Source of the DNA: an uncultured Gammaproteobacteria bacterium
Lineage (GTDB): Bacteria > Pseudomonadota > Gammaproteobacteria > Steroidobacterales > Steroidobacteraceae
DNA length: 64,000 nt
Reading direction: 5' to 3'
NCBI GenBank assembly: GCA_963827615.1
Contig: CAWHCA010000003.1
Location: 13,367-77,366 of the forward strand
This document shows positions 26,189 to 35,842 of this stretch, one piece after another; the first letter of the stretch is position 1, and each line of letters starts with the position of its first letter. The notes beneath the pieces are model-generated. The model saw only the letters and a program-made list of their open reading frames with translations, did no database searches and was not told the origin of the DNA. A program made the position numbers and the translations under genes.

Positions 26189-27400
26189 TCAGTTCTTCTT
26201 CGGTGGCACCTTCGAATACTCGCCGCGCCCCTCGAGCACGGGATCCGTCGACAGGTTCCAGCCCAGGTTGCGCGCTTCGTTCGGGTCGACGGGTTCGCTC
26301 GAGATCCAGACGACGAGGCGCATGCCGTCGGTGATGTAGGGGTCGCCCGTGAGGTTGTAGCGCGGTTTTTCATGCGTGGCTTCGCCGACGCCGCGCACGA
26401 AGGCGAACCGGCTGACGGCGTCGTGGTGCAGCAGGCTGTGCAGCAGGTATTCGCGCGACTCGTCGATGACCGGGTCGATCACGTGCGTCGTCAGCGTGGG
26501 CGACTTCGTGGTCCCCTTGACGCCGATGTCGCGGCTGACCTGGCCGAACCAGACCGGACGGCCCTCGCTGCGGAAAGGGGCCAGCCACAGGCGCATGTGG
26601 TTGCGCTGGGCAATGGTCGCCCTGCCGCGCTGCAACGCGACGTCCTGCTTGCGGCCGAAGGCGTGCAGCGAGCTGACTGGAGCGGTCAGGAACGACTTTT
26701 CCGCAATTGCCGCGCCCACCATGCGCCGCACGCTGTCTGCGGTGATCGCCTCGGTGAAACTCCAGCCACTCGCGGCAAGTGCAGAGATGACTTCTTCGCC
26801 TGCGCCGACGATGACGACGTTGAGTGGATCGCCTTCGCCGTCACCGGCCGTGCTCGTCGTGCAGCACGGCAACTCCCGCAGTCGTGCGCGAAGCTCATCG
26901 GGCGCGAGATCCGGAAATTCGTTCACCTTCTCGTAGAGCGCCTTGAGCGACGATCGCTCGTAGTCGAAGCCCTCCGTGGGCAGCATCACGGCGAACCGCA
27001 TGCGGATGCCTCGCTGGTTGCCCGTCATGCGGATGTCGACGAAGCGGCCTCCACGCATGTGCGACGCATAGACGTAGCCTTCATTCGTGGACCTGGCCGC
27101 GGAGAAAAAGGGCAGGGCATGCTGGCGGAACCGGTCCGCGTGGGCGGCACGCTGGTCCTTCGGCACCTTCTTCAGCGTGACCAGCGCAACCTCGTCGGCC
27201 GAGTAGTAGTCGGGATCGATCGAGACCGGCAGCAACCAGTAATCGTGGTCACTGGTGTTTTCGATGCGCAGCCAGATCGGCTGGATGCCGGCTGCGGCCA
27301 GCGGCACGCCGAAGAATTTCGCTGCCTGTTCCTCGGTCGGGATCGCAAGATGGACGGTGACGCCGTCCTGCTGCAGTGTCCGCAGGCGTCCGAGATGCAA
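26189..27400 (-). CDS. LssY_C-domain protein (as called, from a TTG; the N-terminal signal peptide appears to be in another frame)
   Basis: The C-terminal half resembles the LssY C-terminal domain (GDPLNVVIVG...ALAASGW...RNHMRLW). A signal-peptide-like ORF start (ATG 27596, MTCWSWPRRASSATASVLAIAAVAL) joins this frame only after a 1-nt shift near 27515-27525. Confidence 0.6.
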   Translation of the reverse strand: MHLGRLRTLQQDGVTVHLAIPTEEQAAKFFGVPLAAAGIQPIWLRIENTSDHDYWLLPVSIDPDYYSADEVALVTLKKVPKDQRAAHADRFRQHALPFFSAARSTNEGYVYASHMRGGRFVDIRMTGNQRGIRMRFAVMLPTEGFDYERSSLKALYEKVNEFPDLAPDELRARLRELPCCTTSTAGDGEGDPLNVVIVGAGEEVISALAASGWSFTEAITADSVRRMVGAAIAEKSFLTAPVSSLHAFGRKQDVALQRGRATIAQRNHMRLWLAPFRSEGRPVWFGQVSRDIGVKGTTKSPTLTTHVIDPVIDESREYLLHSLLHHDAVSRFAFVRGVGEATHEKPRYNLTGDPYITDGMRLVVWISSEPVDPNEARNLGWNLSTDPVLEGRGEYSKVPPKKN

Positions 27401-27720
27401 GGGCAGGCCGGCGGTCTCGGCGTCGATCGCCGCGGCCGACTGGACGCCTAGGGGAGTCTGCGCCTCGGCGCTCGCTGCCGCGGCCGGAACCTCCGCAGCG
27501 GCGCCAGCCAGCGTCAGGCATCAGTGCGACAGCAGCTATCGCGAGCACGCTCGCGGTGGCGCTCGACGCGCGCCGTGGCCAGGACCAGCATGTCATGCGT
27601 TTGAATCCCCAGGGCGCTGGCGATCCTTGGGGCAGGGATACCGGCCCGTGCCTGTCGCTCGCGCATGAGTTGGACTGTAACTTATATTCCGGGGATCGCG
27701 GTCCGGACCGATCATCGACA

Positions 27721-29298
27721 ATGCGTATTCCATGCAGGTTACTGCTCGCAGCGGCCACGGCGCTGATGACAGGCTGCGCGTCATCCCCGCCAGCCGATGC
27801 GCCGGCAGGAACCAGCGCACCCAGGGCATTCGTCGAGGAAGCCAGTGCCACGTCGGTGCTGGGGCCGGATAGCGTATTCGTCGGCAGTCCGTACGAGGAA
27901 GTCGGTGCGTCGGGGCTCTTTCCGCCGCGCGGCCCCGCCGACTGCAGTCTCGCGGTGCTCGCCAATGGCGAGGATTCCCTCGCCGTGCGCCTGGACGTGC
28001 TGAAGGCGGCGCAGAAATCGATCCGCATCCAGGCGCTCGTGTTCAAGGGCGACGAATCCGGTCTGCGCGTCGCGGAGATCCTGAAGCAGAAGAAGGCCGC
28101 GGGTCTCGACGTACGAATCATCGTCGACGCATTCTCGAATCCGTGGTTGCAGACCCAGTGGATGTATTTCGACCTGAAGCAGCACGGCATCGAGGTCGAA
28201 GGGTACGAGGCCATGGCGTTGCAGTGGCTCAACGAGGTGCCCGTGCCGCACCTCACGCCGCACTACGACCCGCAGCAGCCGGACAAGCGGTTCCACGAGA
28301 AGATGTGGATCGTCGACGGGGAAACGGATGCCGCCGTGGCGGTGACCGGCGGCCTCAACATCGGCAACGAGTATTTTCGCGCCAACCCGGCCGATCCCGA
28401 CGCCACCTGGCGCGACCAGGACGTGGTCGTGCGCGGCGCGATCGTGCGCGACCTGGTCACCGCATTCGACCGCAATTTCGATTACTTCGTCGGCGTCAAG
28501 AAGAGCCGCGGCATCTTCAATACCAACCTGTACTGGGACGCGACTCGCCACTTGCTCGACAAGACCGGCAAGGTGCCGGTGAAGTTCACGACGAATCCCG
28601 ACGTGGCGGCGCACGTGGCCGGGATCGAGGCGCGCCGGCCGGCGCTCGCGTATTCGGGCGCGACTTGCCGGTTTTTCCAGAGCCGCCCCCGATTCAGGGA
28701 AACCTACATTCAGCAGGCCTACGTCAAGCTGATCGAGCGCGCGAGGTCCGAGGTACTGATCGCGAACGCGTACTTCGTGCCGACTGCAACGATCAAGCTC
28801 GCACTGCAGGACGCGGCGAGGCGCTGCGTGGCCGTGCGGCTGATCTCCAACAGCCCCGAGACCAACGATCTGCCTGAGATCAGCCTGGTGGGACGCGGGC
28901 ATTACAAGGACCTGCTGGCGGTGAACCAGGCGCCCGAGGTGGTCGCCTGCAAGAGCGCCGAGCCGGGGCTGCGAATCTGGGAATGGGTGGGGCAGGCGGC
29001 CACCGAGGCCGAGCGCCGGCAGGGCACGATGCACTCCAAGTACGCCGTGATCGACGGCCGCCGCAGCCTGGTCGGTTCCTACAATCTCGACCCGCGCAGC
29101 GAGAAACTGAACAGCGAGTCGGCGTTGGTTTTCGAACAGCCCGAGTTGTCAGGCCAGCTGCGCGATGCGTTCTTCAGCAACGACCTCAGTTACAGCCGCG
29201 AGGTGACGCCGGCGCAGGCGGCGGAATTCGAGGCACCCGAGGACGTAATCGAACGCTTCCGCAAGTCGATCGGGCACCTGTTCGAGCAGCACTTGTAA
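27721..29298 (+). CDS. Phospholipase D / cardiolipin-synthase-like lipoprotein with two HKD motifs
   Basis: I chose the ATG at 27721 (MRIPCRLLLAAATALMTGC lipobox). HKD motif 1 is FHEKMWIVDGE and HKD motif 2 is MHSKYAVIDGRRSLVGSYNLDPRS. Confidence 0.85.
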   Translation: MRIPCRLLLAAATALMTGCASSPPADAPAGTSAPRAFVEEASATSVLGPDSVFVGSPYEEVGASGLFPPRGPADCSLAVLANGEDSLAVRLDVLKAAQKSIRIQALVFKGDESGLRVAEILKQKKAAGLDVRIIVDAFSNPWLQTQWMYFDLKQHGIEVEGYEAMALQWLNEVPVPHLTPHYDPQQPDKRFHEKMWIVDGETDAAVAVTGGLNIGNEYFRANPADPDATWRDQDVVVRGAIVRDLVTAFDRNFDYFVGVKKSRGIFNTNLYWDATRHLLDKTGKVPVKFTTNPDVAAHVAGIEARRPALAYSGATCRFFQSRPRFRETYIQQAYVKLIERARSEVLIANAYFVPTATIKLALQDAARRCVAVRLISNSPETNDLPEISLVGRGHYKDLLAVNQAPEVVACKSAEPGLRIWEWVGQAATEAERRQGTMHSKYAVIDGRRSLVGSYNLDPRSEKLNSESALVFEQPELSGQLRDAFFSNDLSYSREVTPAQAAEFEAPEDVIERFRKSIGHLFEQHL

Positions 29299-29345
29299 AA
29301 AAATCATTGACTTATTAGTAAGTTACGGCAAATACTTAATGTGGA
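29299..29345 (+). promoter_or_regulatory. AT-rich island with TTGACT; candidate promoter for the biosynthetic locus
   Basis: AAAAAATCATTGACTTATTAGTAAGTTACGGCAAATACTTAATG stands out against GC-rich surroundings. TTGACT is followed about 17-19 nt later by AATACT/TACTTA. Confidence 0.3.
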
Positions 29346-29510
29346 TGCCGTGCCCAGGTTGCTGCCCGAGCGTTGCAGAAACTGTGATGCAGGTCCGCAG
29401 TGGGCAGTCCGATGACGACTAGCATTTGTGTCTCATGAGGGTCCGGCAAGGCAGCGATCCGCTTCGAGTCGGCCTGGGCTGGAAGGCCGGGCCCGAGGAA
29501 CCTGGCGAAC

Positions 29511-30725
29511 ATGCCGAAAATTGGGCCGCGGATCCTGCTGCTGGGAGGCGACGCCGACTACAACGTCGGTGACCGCGCCATCGTGTCGGCACTGAGTCAA
29601 TGCATCGTGTCGCACGACCCATCCGCCGAGGTCTCGATCGTCGCCAGTCAAGTCGCGGGCCCACCGATTCGCGGTGTTGCCCGGATGATCCCCCGTGGCA
29701 CGGCCGGAGTCGCCGGGTTGTGTCGGGCCGCCGCCGCCGCGGATCGCGTCCTCATTGCCGGCGGCGGACTGTTCCAGGACGACGACAGTCGCGCCAAGAT
29801 GCCCTATTGGGCGGCACGAATTTCCCTGCTGAAAAGCCTGAATCCAAGCATCGCTGGTCATTCGATCGGTGCGGGTCCGTTGCGACACGTCGAGAGCCGG
29901 GCGGCCGCAGGAATCGCCTGTGCTGCGTTGACGACGATTTCCGTGCGCGACCGTTTCGCGCAGGCGGCGCTGGCAGCCTGCACGTCCCGCTCGATCGACG
30001 TCGTACCCGATCCGGCATTCATGCTCGAGGCGGCGCCACGAGGGGACGCGACCGACCTGCTGCGCAGCCTCGATCTCGAACCCGGTCGACCCCTGATCGT
30101 CGTCGCGGCCAGGCACTGGTTTCACAGCCGCGGCGGTTTCATACCCAACGTCGTCAAGGCCAGGACCGGCATCGGTGTCGCGCGCGACGAGCAGCGATTC
30201 GAACGGCTGCTCGACGTGCTCGTGGACGGCCTGACGCACCTGGCCCGGCGTCTCGAGGCCGCGGTGCTGCTGCTGCCGAGCTACAACGTCGCGCACGAGG
30301 GGGACGATGTCGTGTGCGAAGCGCTGGCCCGGCGACTGCGCGACGTCACCGTCCGGATGGCGCGGATCGTCGATCCCCGGTTGTACAAGGCCGTACTGGG
30401 CCACGCAGCGCTGATCATTTCGTCGCGGATGCATCCGCTCATCCTCGGGGCCGGCATGGGCGTGCCACTGGTGGGCCTGTCCTACAACGACAAATTCCGT
30501 GGATTGTTCGATCAACTCGGCTTGGACACGAGCCTGCTGCCGCTCGACGACTTTCCCGCTCGATGGGGTGCGCGGGAATTGATCGCCGCCGCCGAAGCGG
30601 CGCTCGACGGACGGGACGACCTGCAGCATCGCGCCGAGTTGCTTGGAACTGCCGTACAGCGACGCACGCTCGAAGTCGCCTTTGCCGACCTGCGCGAGCG
30701 AACGCCGGAAGTGGTCGATGCGTGA
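29511..30725 (+). CDS. Polysaccharide pyruvyl transferase family protein
   Basis: 404 aa with N-terminal ILLLGGDADYNVGDRAI and GGGLFQDD motifs typical of CsaB/WcaK-type enzymes. Confidence 0.75.
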   Translation: MPKIGPRILLLGGDADYNVGDRAIVSALSQCIVSHDPSAEVSIVASQVAGPPIRGVARMIPRGTAGVAGLCRAAAAADRVLIAGGGLFQDDDSRAKMPYWAARISLLKSLNPSIAGHSIGAGPLRHVESRAAAGIACAALTTISVRDRFAQAALAACTSRSIDVVPDPAFMLEAAPRGDATDLLRSLDLEPGRPLIVVAARHWFHSRGGFIPNVVKARTGIGVARDEQRFERLLDVLVDGLTHLARRLEAAVLLLPSYNVAHEGDDVVCEALARRLRDVTVRMARIVDPRLYKAVLGHAALIISSRMHPLILGAGMGVPLVGLSYNDKFRGLFDQLGLDTSLLPLDDFPARWGARELIAAAEAALDGRDDLQHRAELLGTAVQRRTLEVAFADLRERTPEVVDA

Positions 30726-31938
30726 CGCGCTGCGTGTCATGAGCCCGGGCACACCGACTGCATCGTCGCAGCCTGCGGCGAGCATGCGACTCCAGCGCCT
30801 GCTGACCGACGCAGGTCGGCACGTCCCGTTGTATCGCCGCCTGTGGACAGAGTCGGGTATCGACGTCGATGAACTGCAGGTCGCCGGGGATTTCCCGCGA
30901 TTGCCGTGGCTCGACAAAGCGGCCCTGCGGTCTTGCCGTCCCGAGGACAGGATTCACGGCAAGCGCCGTGGCATTCACCTCGCGGAGGAGCTTTCGAGCG
31001 GCTCGAGCGGCGAGCCCCTGGCGGTCTTCAAGGACCGAGCTGCCCAGCTGCGGCGCCGCTGGGCATTCCTGCGTGCGCTGCTCGCATGTGGATACCGACC
31101 GGGACAGCGATGCCTGCTGCTGACGAGCCGGCGATCAGCAAAGTGGCCGACGGTCGCGCGCTGGTCCTACGCCAGCATCGGCGAGGACACGGCCACGCTC
31201 GCGTCCCGTCTCGATGCCCTGCAGCCGGACGTGCTGTACGGCCCGCTCTCGACACTGGAACTGCTGGCCGCGCAACGCACTCAGCGGACGCCGCGACCGG
31301 CTGGGCCGCGCCTCGTCATCTCGACGGCGGAGCAGTTGACGCGACAGCGACGCGCAACGCTCGAGCGGGGATTCGGCGCACCCGTCGCCGATTTCTACGG
31401 CCTGTCCGAGCTCGGCCTGGTCGCATACCGTACTCCAGGGAATCCGCGATTCACGCCGGCTCGGTCCAGCCTGATCCTTGAATTCTTTCCCATCGCAGGC
31501 GAGCCGTCGGTCGAGCGCCTGGTCGTCACCGACCTGGCCGAGCGCACGTCGCCGTGGATCCGTTACGACACCGGGGATCTCGTCAGGCGCGACCCGCAGC
31601 TTGCCGGTCGCCCGATCGTCGAACTCGCCGGTCGGTCGGTGGACTGCATCGTGCTGCCGGACGGCGGCCTGGTTTCTCCCTACCGCATCGACGTCCTGCT
31701 CGAGCAAGTGCCCGGCCTGAAGGCGTTCGAGGTCCTGCAGCATGCCGACCTGACCCTGGACGTGACGCTCGACATGGCGCCTGGCACCGGCGAGCAAGCC
31801 TGCTCGAACGTCCGTCGCGGACTCGAGTCCATCCTGGGCACCACCGCGGCGATACGGATACGGACAGGCGCGATCCATAGAGACCCGACGGGCACGAAGT
31901 TCCGCCCGATCCGGTCACTCGTCGGGAGCACGGCTTGA
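30718..31938 (+). CDS. CapK / phenylacetate-CoA-ligase-like adenylate-forming enzyme
   Basis: I chose the ATG at 30718, which overlaps the upstream stop (ATGCGTGA). It has the AMP-binding P-loop SSGSSGEP and PaaK/F390-synthetase-like organisation. Confidence 0.7.
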   Translation: MRDALRVMSPGTPTASSQPAASMRLQRLLTDAGRHVPLYRRLWTESGIDVDELQVAGDFPRLPWLDKAALRSCRPEDRIHGKRRGIHLAEELSSGSSGEPLAVFKDRAAQLRRRWAFLRALLACGYRPGQRCLLLTSRRSAKWPTVARWSYASIGEDTATLASRLDALQPDVLYGPLSTLELLAAQRTQRTPRPAGPRLVISTAEQLTRQRRATLERGFGAPVADFYGLSELGLVAYRTPGNPRFTPARSSLILEFFPIAGEPSVERLVVTDLAERTSPWIRYDTGDLVRRDPQLAGRPIVELAGRSVDCIVLPDGGLVSPYRIDVLLEQVPGLKAFEVLQHADLTLDVTLDMAPGTGEQACSNVRRGLESILGTTAAIRIRTGAIHRDPTGTKFRPIRSLVGSTA

Positions 31939-33104
31939 AGATCCTGTCCCTGACCTACGAGTACCCCCCGATCGGCGGCGGCGGCAGCGTTGTCGCAGCA
32001 GCGGTCAACGAGGAGCTGGTCCGGCTCGGTGACGAGGTGACCGTGCTGACCTCGGGGATGAAGGGGCTACCGGCCGAGGAAACGGTCGAAGGTGTGGCCG
32101 TGCACCGGACCGCCTGCATCCGGCGGCATCGTCATTACACGAGCACCGCCGAGTTGCTCACGACCCTCCTGCCCACGTACCGGCGCGGAGCGCAGTTGAT
32201 CCGCGCCATCAAGCCGGACGTCATTCATGCACACTTCATCCTGCCTTCAGGGCCGGTGGCTCGTGCACTGTCCGAGCGCTTCGACGTGCCGTATGTCCTG
32301 ACGGCGCACGGCTCCGACGTCCCGGGCTACAACCCGGACCGGTTCGGGCTGATGCACCGGATGCTCAAGCCCGCCTGGCGACAGATCGTCGAGGGCGCTT
32401 CGTCGGTGACCTCACCTTCGCGTTTCCTGGCCGGGTTGATGCGGGCGCAGGGTTGCGCGGTGCCGATTTCGATCGTGCCGAATGGCCACCGTCCGCATCC
32501 GGGCCTCGGGACCGTGCGGCGCAACCGGGTACTGGTCGTCGCGCGGATGTTCCCCCGCAAGGGCATCCAGCATTTCATCGATGCCGTCGCTGGCGTGGAA
32601 GGCGAATGGGAGTTCGTCATCGCCGGTGACGGCCCCTTCAGGGACCAGCTCGAGGCACAGGCGCGCAGCGTCGCACCGAACGTGCAATTCGTCGGCTTCG
32701 TCAACCGCGAGACCCTGCGGTCCCTGTACGAGTCTTCGCAGATCCTGGTGTTTCCATCGATCCAGGAAAACTTCCCGATGGTGCTGCTCGAGGCGATGGA
32801 CGCGGGCTGCGCCATCGTGACCACCAATGCCGAGGGTTGCGCGGAGGTGGTCGGCGACGCGGGTCTCGTCGTGCCCACGGGCGACCCGCAGGGCATTCGT
32901 GCGGCGCTCGACAAGCTCATGCATGAACCTGAACTCGTGCGTAACCTCGCTGGCCGCGCGCGCGCGCGCGCCGCGAGGCTGACCTGGCCCAACATCGTGG
33001 GACGGTACCGCGAGGTCCTGCAGGCGGCGATCTCGCAACGGTCGCCCACCACCACGCGCACGATAGAAGTGCCCACCGCATCGACGCCGCAAGCCCTGCG
33101 TTGA
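31935..33104 (+). CDS. Glycosyltransferase family 4 (GT-B, group 1)
   Basis: MKILSLTYEYPPIGGGGSVV at the N-terminus, plus C-terminal FPSIQENFPMVLLEAMDAGCAIV (E-x7-E region). TTG start overlapping the upstream stop. Confidence 0.85.
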   Translation: MKILSLTYEYPPIGGGGSVVAAAVNEELVRLGDEVTVLTSGMKGLPAEETVEGVAVHRTACIRRHRHYTSTAELLTTLLPTYRRGAQLIRAIKPDVIHAHFILPSGPVARALSERFDVPYVLTAHGSDVPGYNPDRFGLMHRMLKPAWRQIVEGASSVTSPSRFLAGLMRAQGCAVPISIVPNGHRPHPGLGTVRRNRVLVVARMFPRKGIQHFIDAVAGVEGEWEFVIAGDGPFRDQLEAQARSVAPNVQFVGFVNRETLRSLYESSQILVFPSIQENFPMVLLEAMDAGCAIVTTNAEGCAEVVGDAGLVVPTGDPQGIRAALDKLMHEPELVRNLAGRARARAARLTWPNIVGRYREVLQAAISQRSPTTTRTIEVPTASTPQALR

Positions 33105-33125
33105 CCGATCGCTCATCGCTTCTTG

Positions 33126-34088
33126 ATGCCATGGAGACATGTAAAGACGATCGCCTCACTGGCCGCGCCCATCGTGCTGCCGGTGCAACGCCTCGTTGGC
33201 AGACTGCCGGGGTCGGCTGATCCAGTCACGATGATCTGCGCCGGTGCGCCGTCGACCGCGGACTTCGTGGCCGGCGCACTGCTCGAAGTCGAGGAGCGAG
33301 TCGTCGTCGGCAGGCTCGCCAGTCCGCTCGAGTTGCGTGGCGCTGCATTCCGCAGGATGTGTTCGGATGCAGATCTCGTGGCGGCGGAAGTCCCGCGTGC
33401 CTGGCAGGTTTGCCTTCCGACAGGCGCTCAACTGCGCATGCCGGCCTGGGTATCGCAGGAACTGCTGGCGGCCGGAGCATCGCCGGTCACGCTGCCCGCG
33501 CCGATGCTCAAGGAAGTCAGGCGCCAGACCAGGCGCAATGCCTACGAACTTCGCTTTTCAACGGACGTGCGCGACGTCAGGCGCTTCTACGCCACTTTGT
33601 ATCGCCCGTACGTCACGGCACGTTTCGGCTCGGGCGCGGTCCTCGTGGACGAGACGCAGTTCCTCGCCGTCAGTCGAGGAATGACGCTGGCCATGCTGAT
33701 GGCCGCCGGGGAGTGGGTTGCCGGCATGTTGCTCCAGCAACGCGGCGAGACCCTGCACCTGGGATGGTTCGGCTCGACGACGGTGCCGCCACGGGCAGGC
33801 GCGAGCGAAGTCCTCGACGCGGGCAGCATCGCGTGGGGTGTCGCGAAAGGCGTCCGCCGCGTCGTGATGGGACATTCGCGGCCGAGCCTTGCTGACGGAG
33901 TCGTCCGCTACAAGAGTCGATTCGGCGCGAGCGTGCGGCCAACACGGTTCCCGCAACGAACCGTCGGGCTGTGGGTGCAGCGCTGGTCTCCCGCGCTCGT
34001 CGCGCGTCTCAATGCAGCAGCATTCGTCAGCTTTCGCGATGGCCTGACTTGCGTGTACGAGGCGCAGCCCGACGTCGCGGCAACTTGA
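33126..34088 (+). CDS. FemAB / Acetyltransf_6-like GNAT-fold protein
   Basis: The segment FYATLYRPYVTARFGSGAVLVDETQF parallels FYDEMYVPHLTNRFGSAAYIEPEWKV in the 36050 gene. LHLGWFG and RYKSRFGA motifs are present. Confidence 0.5.
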   Translation: MPWRHVKTIASLAAPIVLPVQRLVGRLPGSADPVTMICAGAPSTADFVAGALLEVEERVVVGRLASPLELRGAAFRRMCSDADLVAAEVPRAWQVCLPTGAQLRMPAWVSQELLAAGASPVTLPAPMLKEVRRQTRRNAYELRFSTDVRDVRRFYATLYRPYVTARFGSGAVLVDETQFLAVSRGMTLAMLMAAGEWVAGMLLQQRGETLHLGWFGSTTVPPRAGASEVLDAGSIAWGVAKGVRRVVMGHSRPSLADGVVRYKSRFGASVRPTRFPQRTVGLWVQRWSPALVARLNAAAFVSFRDGLTCVYEAQPDVAAT

Positions 34089-34103
34089 GGCCGCTGCGAC
34101 TCG

Positions 34104-35412
34104 TCAGCCAGCGTCGTCCACCCGGTCGGTGCGGGGCTTGGTCGGCAGACGGATGCCGAATCGCGACAGCAGCCCTTTCAATCGCGGCTTGACGACGAAG
34201 AAATACAGGTACGCGACGACGAGTGCCGGTTGCCGCTGGTACAGGTGCACCTCGACGGTGTCCCTGGCGTGCGTCGCCCAGCGGACCTTGTTCTTGAGGA
34301 AGCCGCCGAGAAAGTCGTATTCCTCCAGGCCGCTCCGGAAGCATTCCTCGAGCTCGAGCGACTCGAGGAACGTGCCGGGCGAGCAGCCCGAATAGGCAGC
34401 GTCATGAGCAATGTGCAGGGAATAGAACCGACGCTCGTGCACAAGGCCGAAGGTCGCCGCCACCAGGTGGCCATCGACGCGCAGGCAGCGGAAGACGAAC
34501 TGTCCGCTGTCGCCGAAGGCGTGGATCAAGTGCCGGTAGAATCGCAGGTGTTCCACGCTCTGCGACACGCCCACTCCTTTCCTGGCTTTCCAGCCGCGGC
34601 TTTCGAGCACTTCGTACTCGCCGAAGAGTTGCTGCAGCCGCTGCTCGTCGCCCGGCGCAACTCGTGTACTCGAGTTGCCCTGCGCCCTGCAGTTTCCTGC
34701 GGGCACTCTTCAGGTTCTTGCGGAACTTCTGCGACTTCGTCGCCAGCAGTTGCTCCCAGGTGCCAGCGAAGGTCAGGTACGGACAATGCGAACTCGGGAC
34801 CCTGCCGTGCAGCATCCCGTGCCTGGATAGCGTGGTGCAGAACGTCTCCAGCGCAGGGTCCGCAGCATCCTGTTCATGAAACCAGATGACGTCCCACTGG
34901 TCGCGTAGTGCCAGCAGAGCGTGGGCGGTGGCTTCAGCGCAGTCGCGTCGATCGCGGCTGAACAGGAAGGCCGGCCGGTCGACCTGCCACGGTGCCCCGA
35001 GGAAGGTCAGCTGTCGGCGCACCTTGCCGTGCATCCGTAGCAGCGAGACCTGGAACGGTGCAATGCCGATCATCTCGTCGCCGTCGTGGATGCAGACGAT
35101 CATGAGCTTGAGGTCGACCGCGAAGCTGCGCACCCAGGCCGCCTGGTAGCGGTGCGTCTGGAACACGGTCAGTCCCGGCACGGCCTGCTCGATGCTCTGC
35201 CAGTGTTCCTGGAGACCGAGGAGACCGTCTTCATCGGTGACCAGGCTCGTTCGAAGCGCCTTGCCGGACGACGTACGGACAGGTTCACTCGCGTGCGAAG
35301 CATCGACGGGTCGCCTGCGATCCGTGCAGCGCCCTGCAGCGAGCGGCTCCCACACGACCAACGGCGCAGCCTGGCCCGCTCGCGTGGTGTCGTCGCCGAG
35401 TTCGGCAGCCAA
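34104..35412 (-). pseudogene. CelD/BcsL-like GNAT (Acetyltransf_6) gene split by a frameshift near 34660-34670
   Basis: Two overlapping ORFs (34402-35412 and 34104-34706) together align collinearly with the intact paralogue at 43439-44605: ...KSQKFRKNLKSARRKLQGAGQLEY / RVAPGDEQRLQQLFGEYEVLESRGWKARKG...EEYDFLGG. The junction is TAC-A-CGA, with one extra nucleotide. Confidence 0.6.
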
Positions 35413-35842
35413 CGCGAAGCCGAGCTTGCGGAAGACCGGCCTGGTGTCGCTTCCACATCTTTCCGGTCTCCCGGATCGCGTGGGCGACGATCGGCAGGCC
35501 GGGATACTCGAGGCGGGCCTCGCGTGAAAACGCAGTGAGCAGCTTGATCAAGTGACGCTGGTAGCCTGGCAGGACCGCCATGTCCGCCACGTAGACATTG
35601 TCCCCGATCGCCTGTCCCGGAATCTCCGCACCGTCGTCCAGGTGCGCCAGGACATATCCCACCAGCTCATCGCCGGCGAACAGGCCGAGGTTCAGCGACC
35701 CGTAGTGATCGTCTTCATACCGCAGGCGGGCTTCGATCAGGTGTTGCGGTTCTTGATATTCGCGGCTGTATACCCGACGCTCCACGGCGACGACGGCCGC
35801 GCGGTCCATCGCGGAAAGCCGCCTGACTTCTAGGTATCGCAT
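35285..35842 (-). CDS. Small GNAT N-acetyltransferase, C-terminus apparently frameshifted near 35440-35455
   Basis: ATG at 35842 (MRYLEVRRLSAMDRAAVVAVERRVY...VYVADMAVLPGYQRHLIKLL). After ...AIRETGKMWKR the called frame turns Arg-rich. The adjacent frame reads RPVFRKLGFALAAELGDD, a typical GNAT C-terminal strand, and runs on into the CelD-like ORF. Confidence 0.55.
   Translation of the reverse strand: MRYLEVRRLSAMDRAAVVAVERRVYSREYQEPQHLIEARLRYEDDHYGSLNLGLFAGDELVGYVLAHLDDGAEIPGQAIGDNVYVADMAVLPGYQRHLIKLLTAFSREARLEYPGLPIVAHAIRETGKMWKRHQAGLPQARLRVGCRTRRRHHASGPGCAVGRVGAARCRALHGSQATRRCFARE

Noticed and set aside
27376-27720. N-terminal 115 codons of the 640-aa ORF for the PLD protein
   Set aside because: The extension is Arg/Pro-rich and overlaps the divergent promoter region and the LssY_C signal-peptide ORF. 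The internal ATG at 27721 gives a textbook lipoprotein signal.
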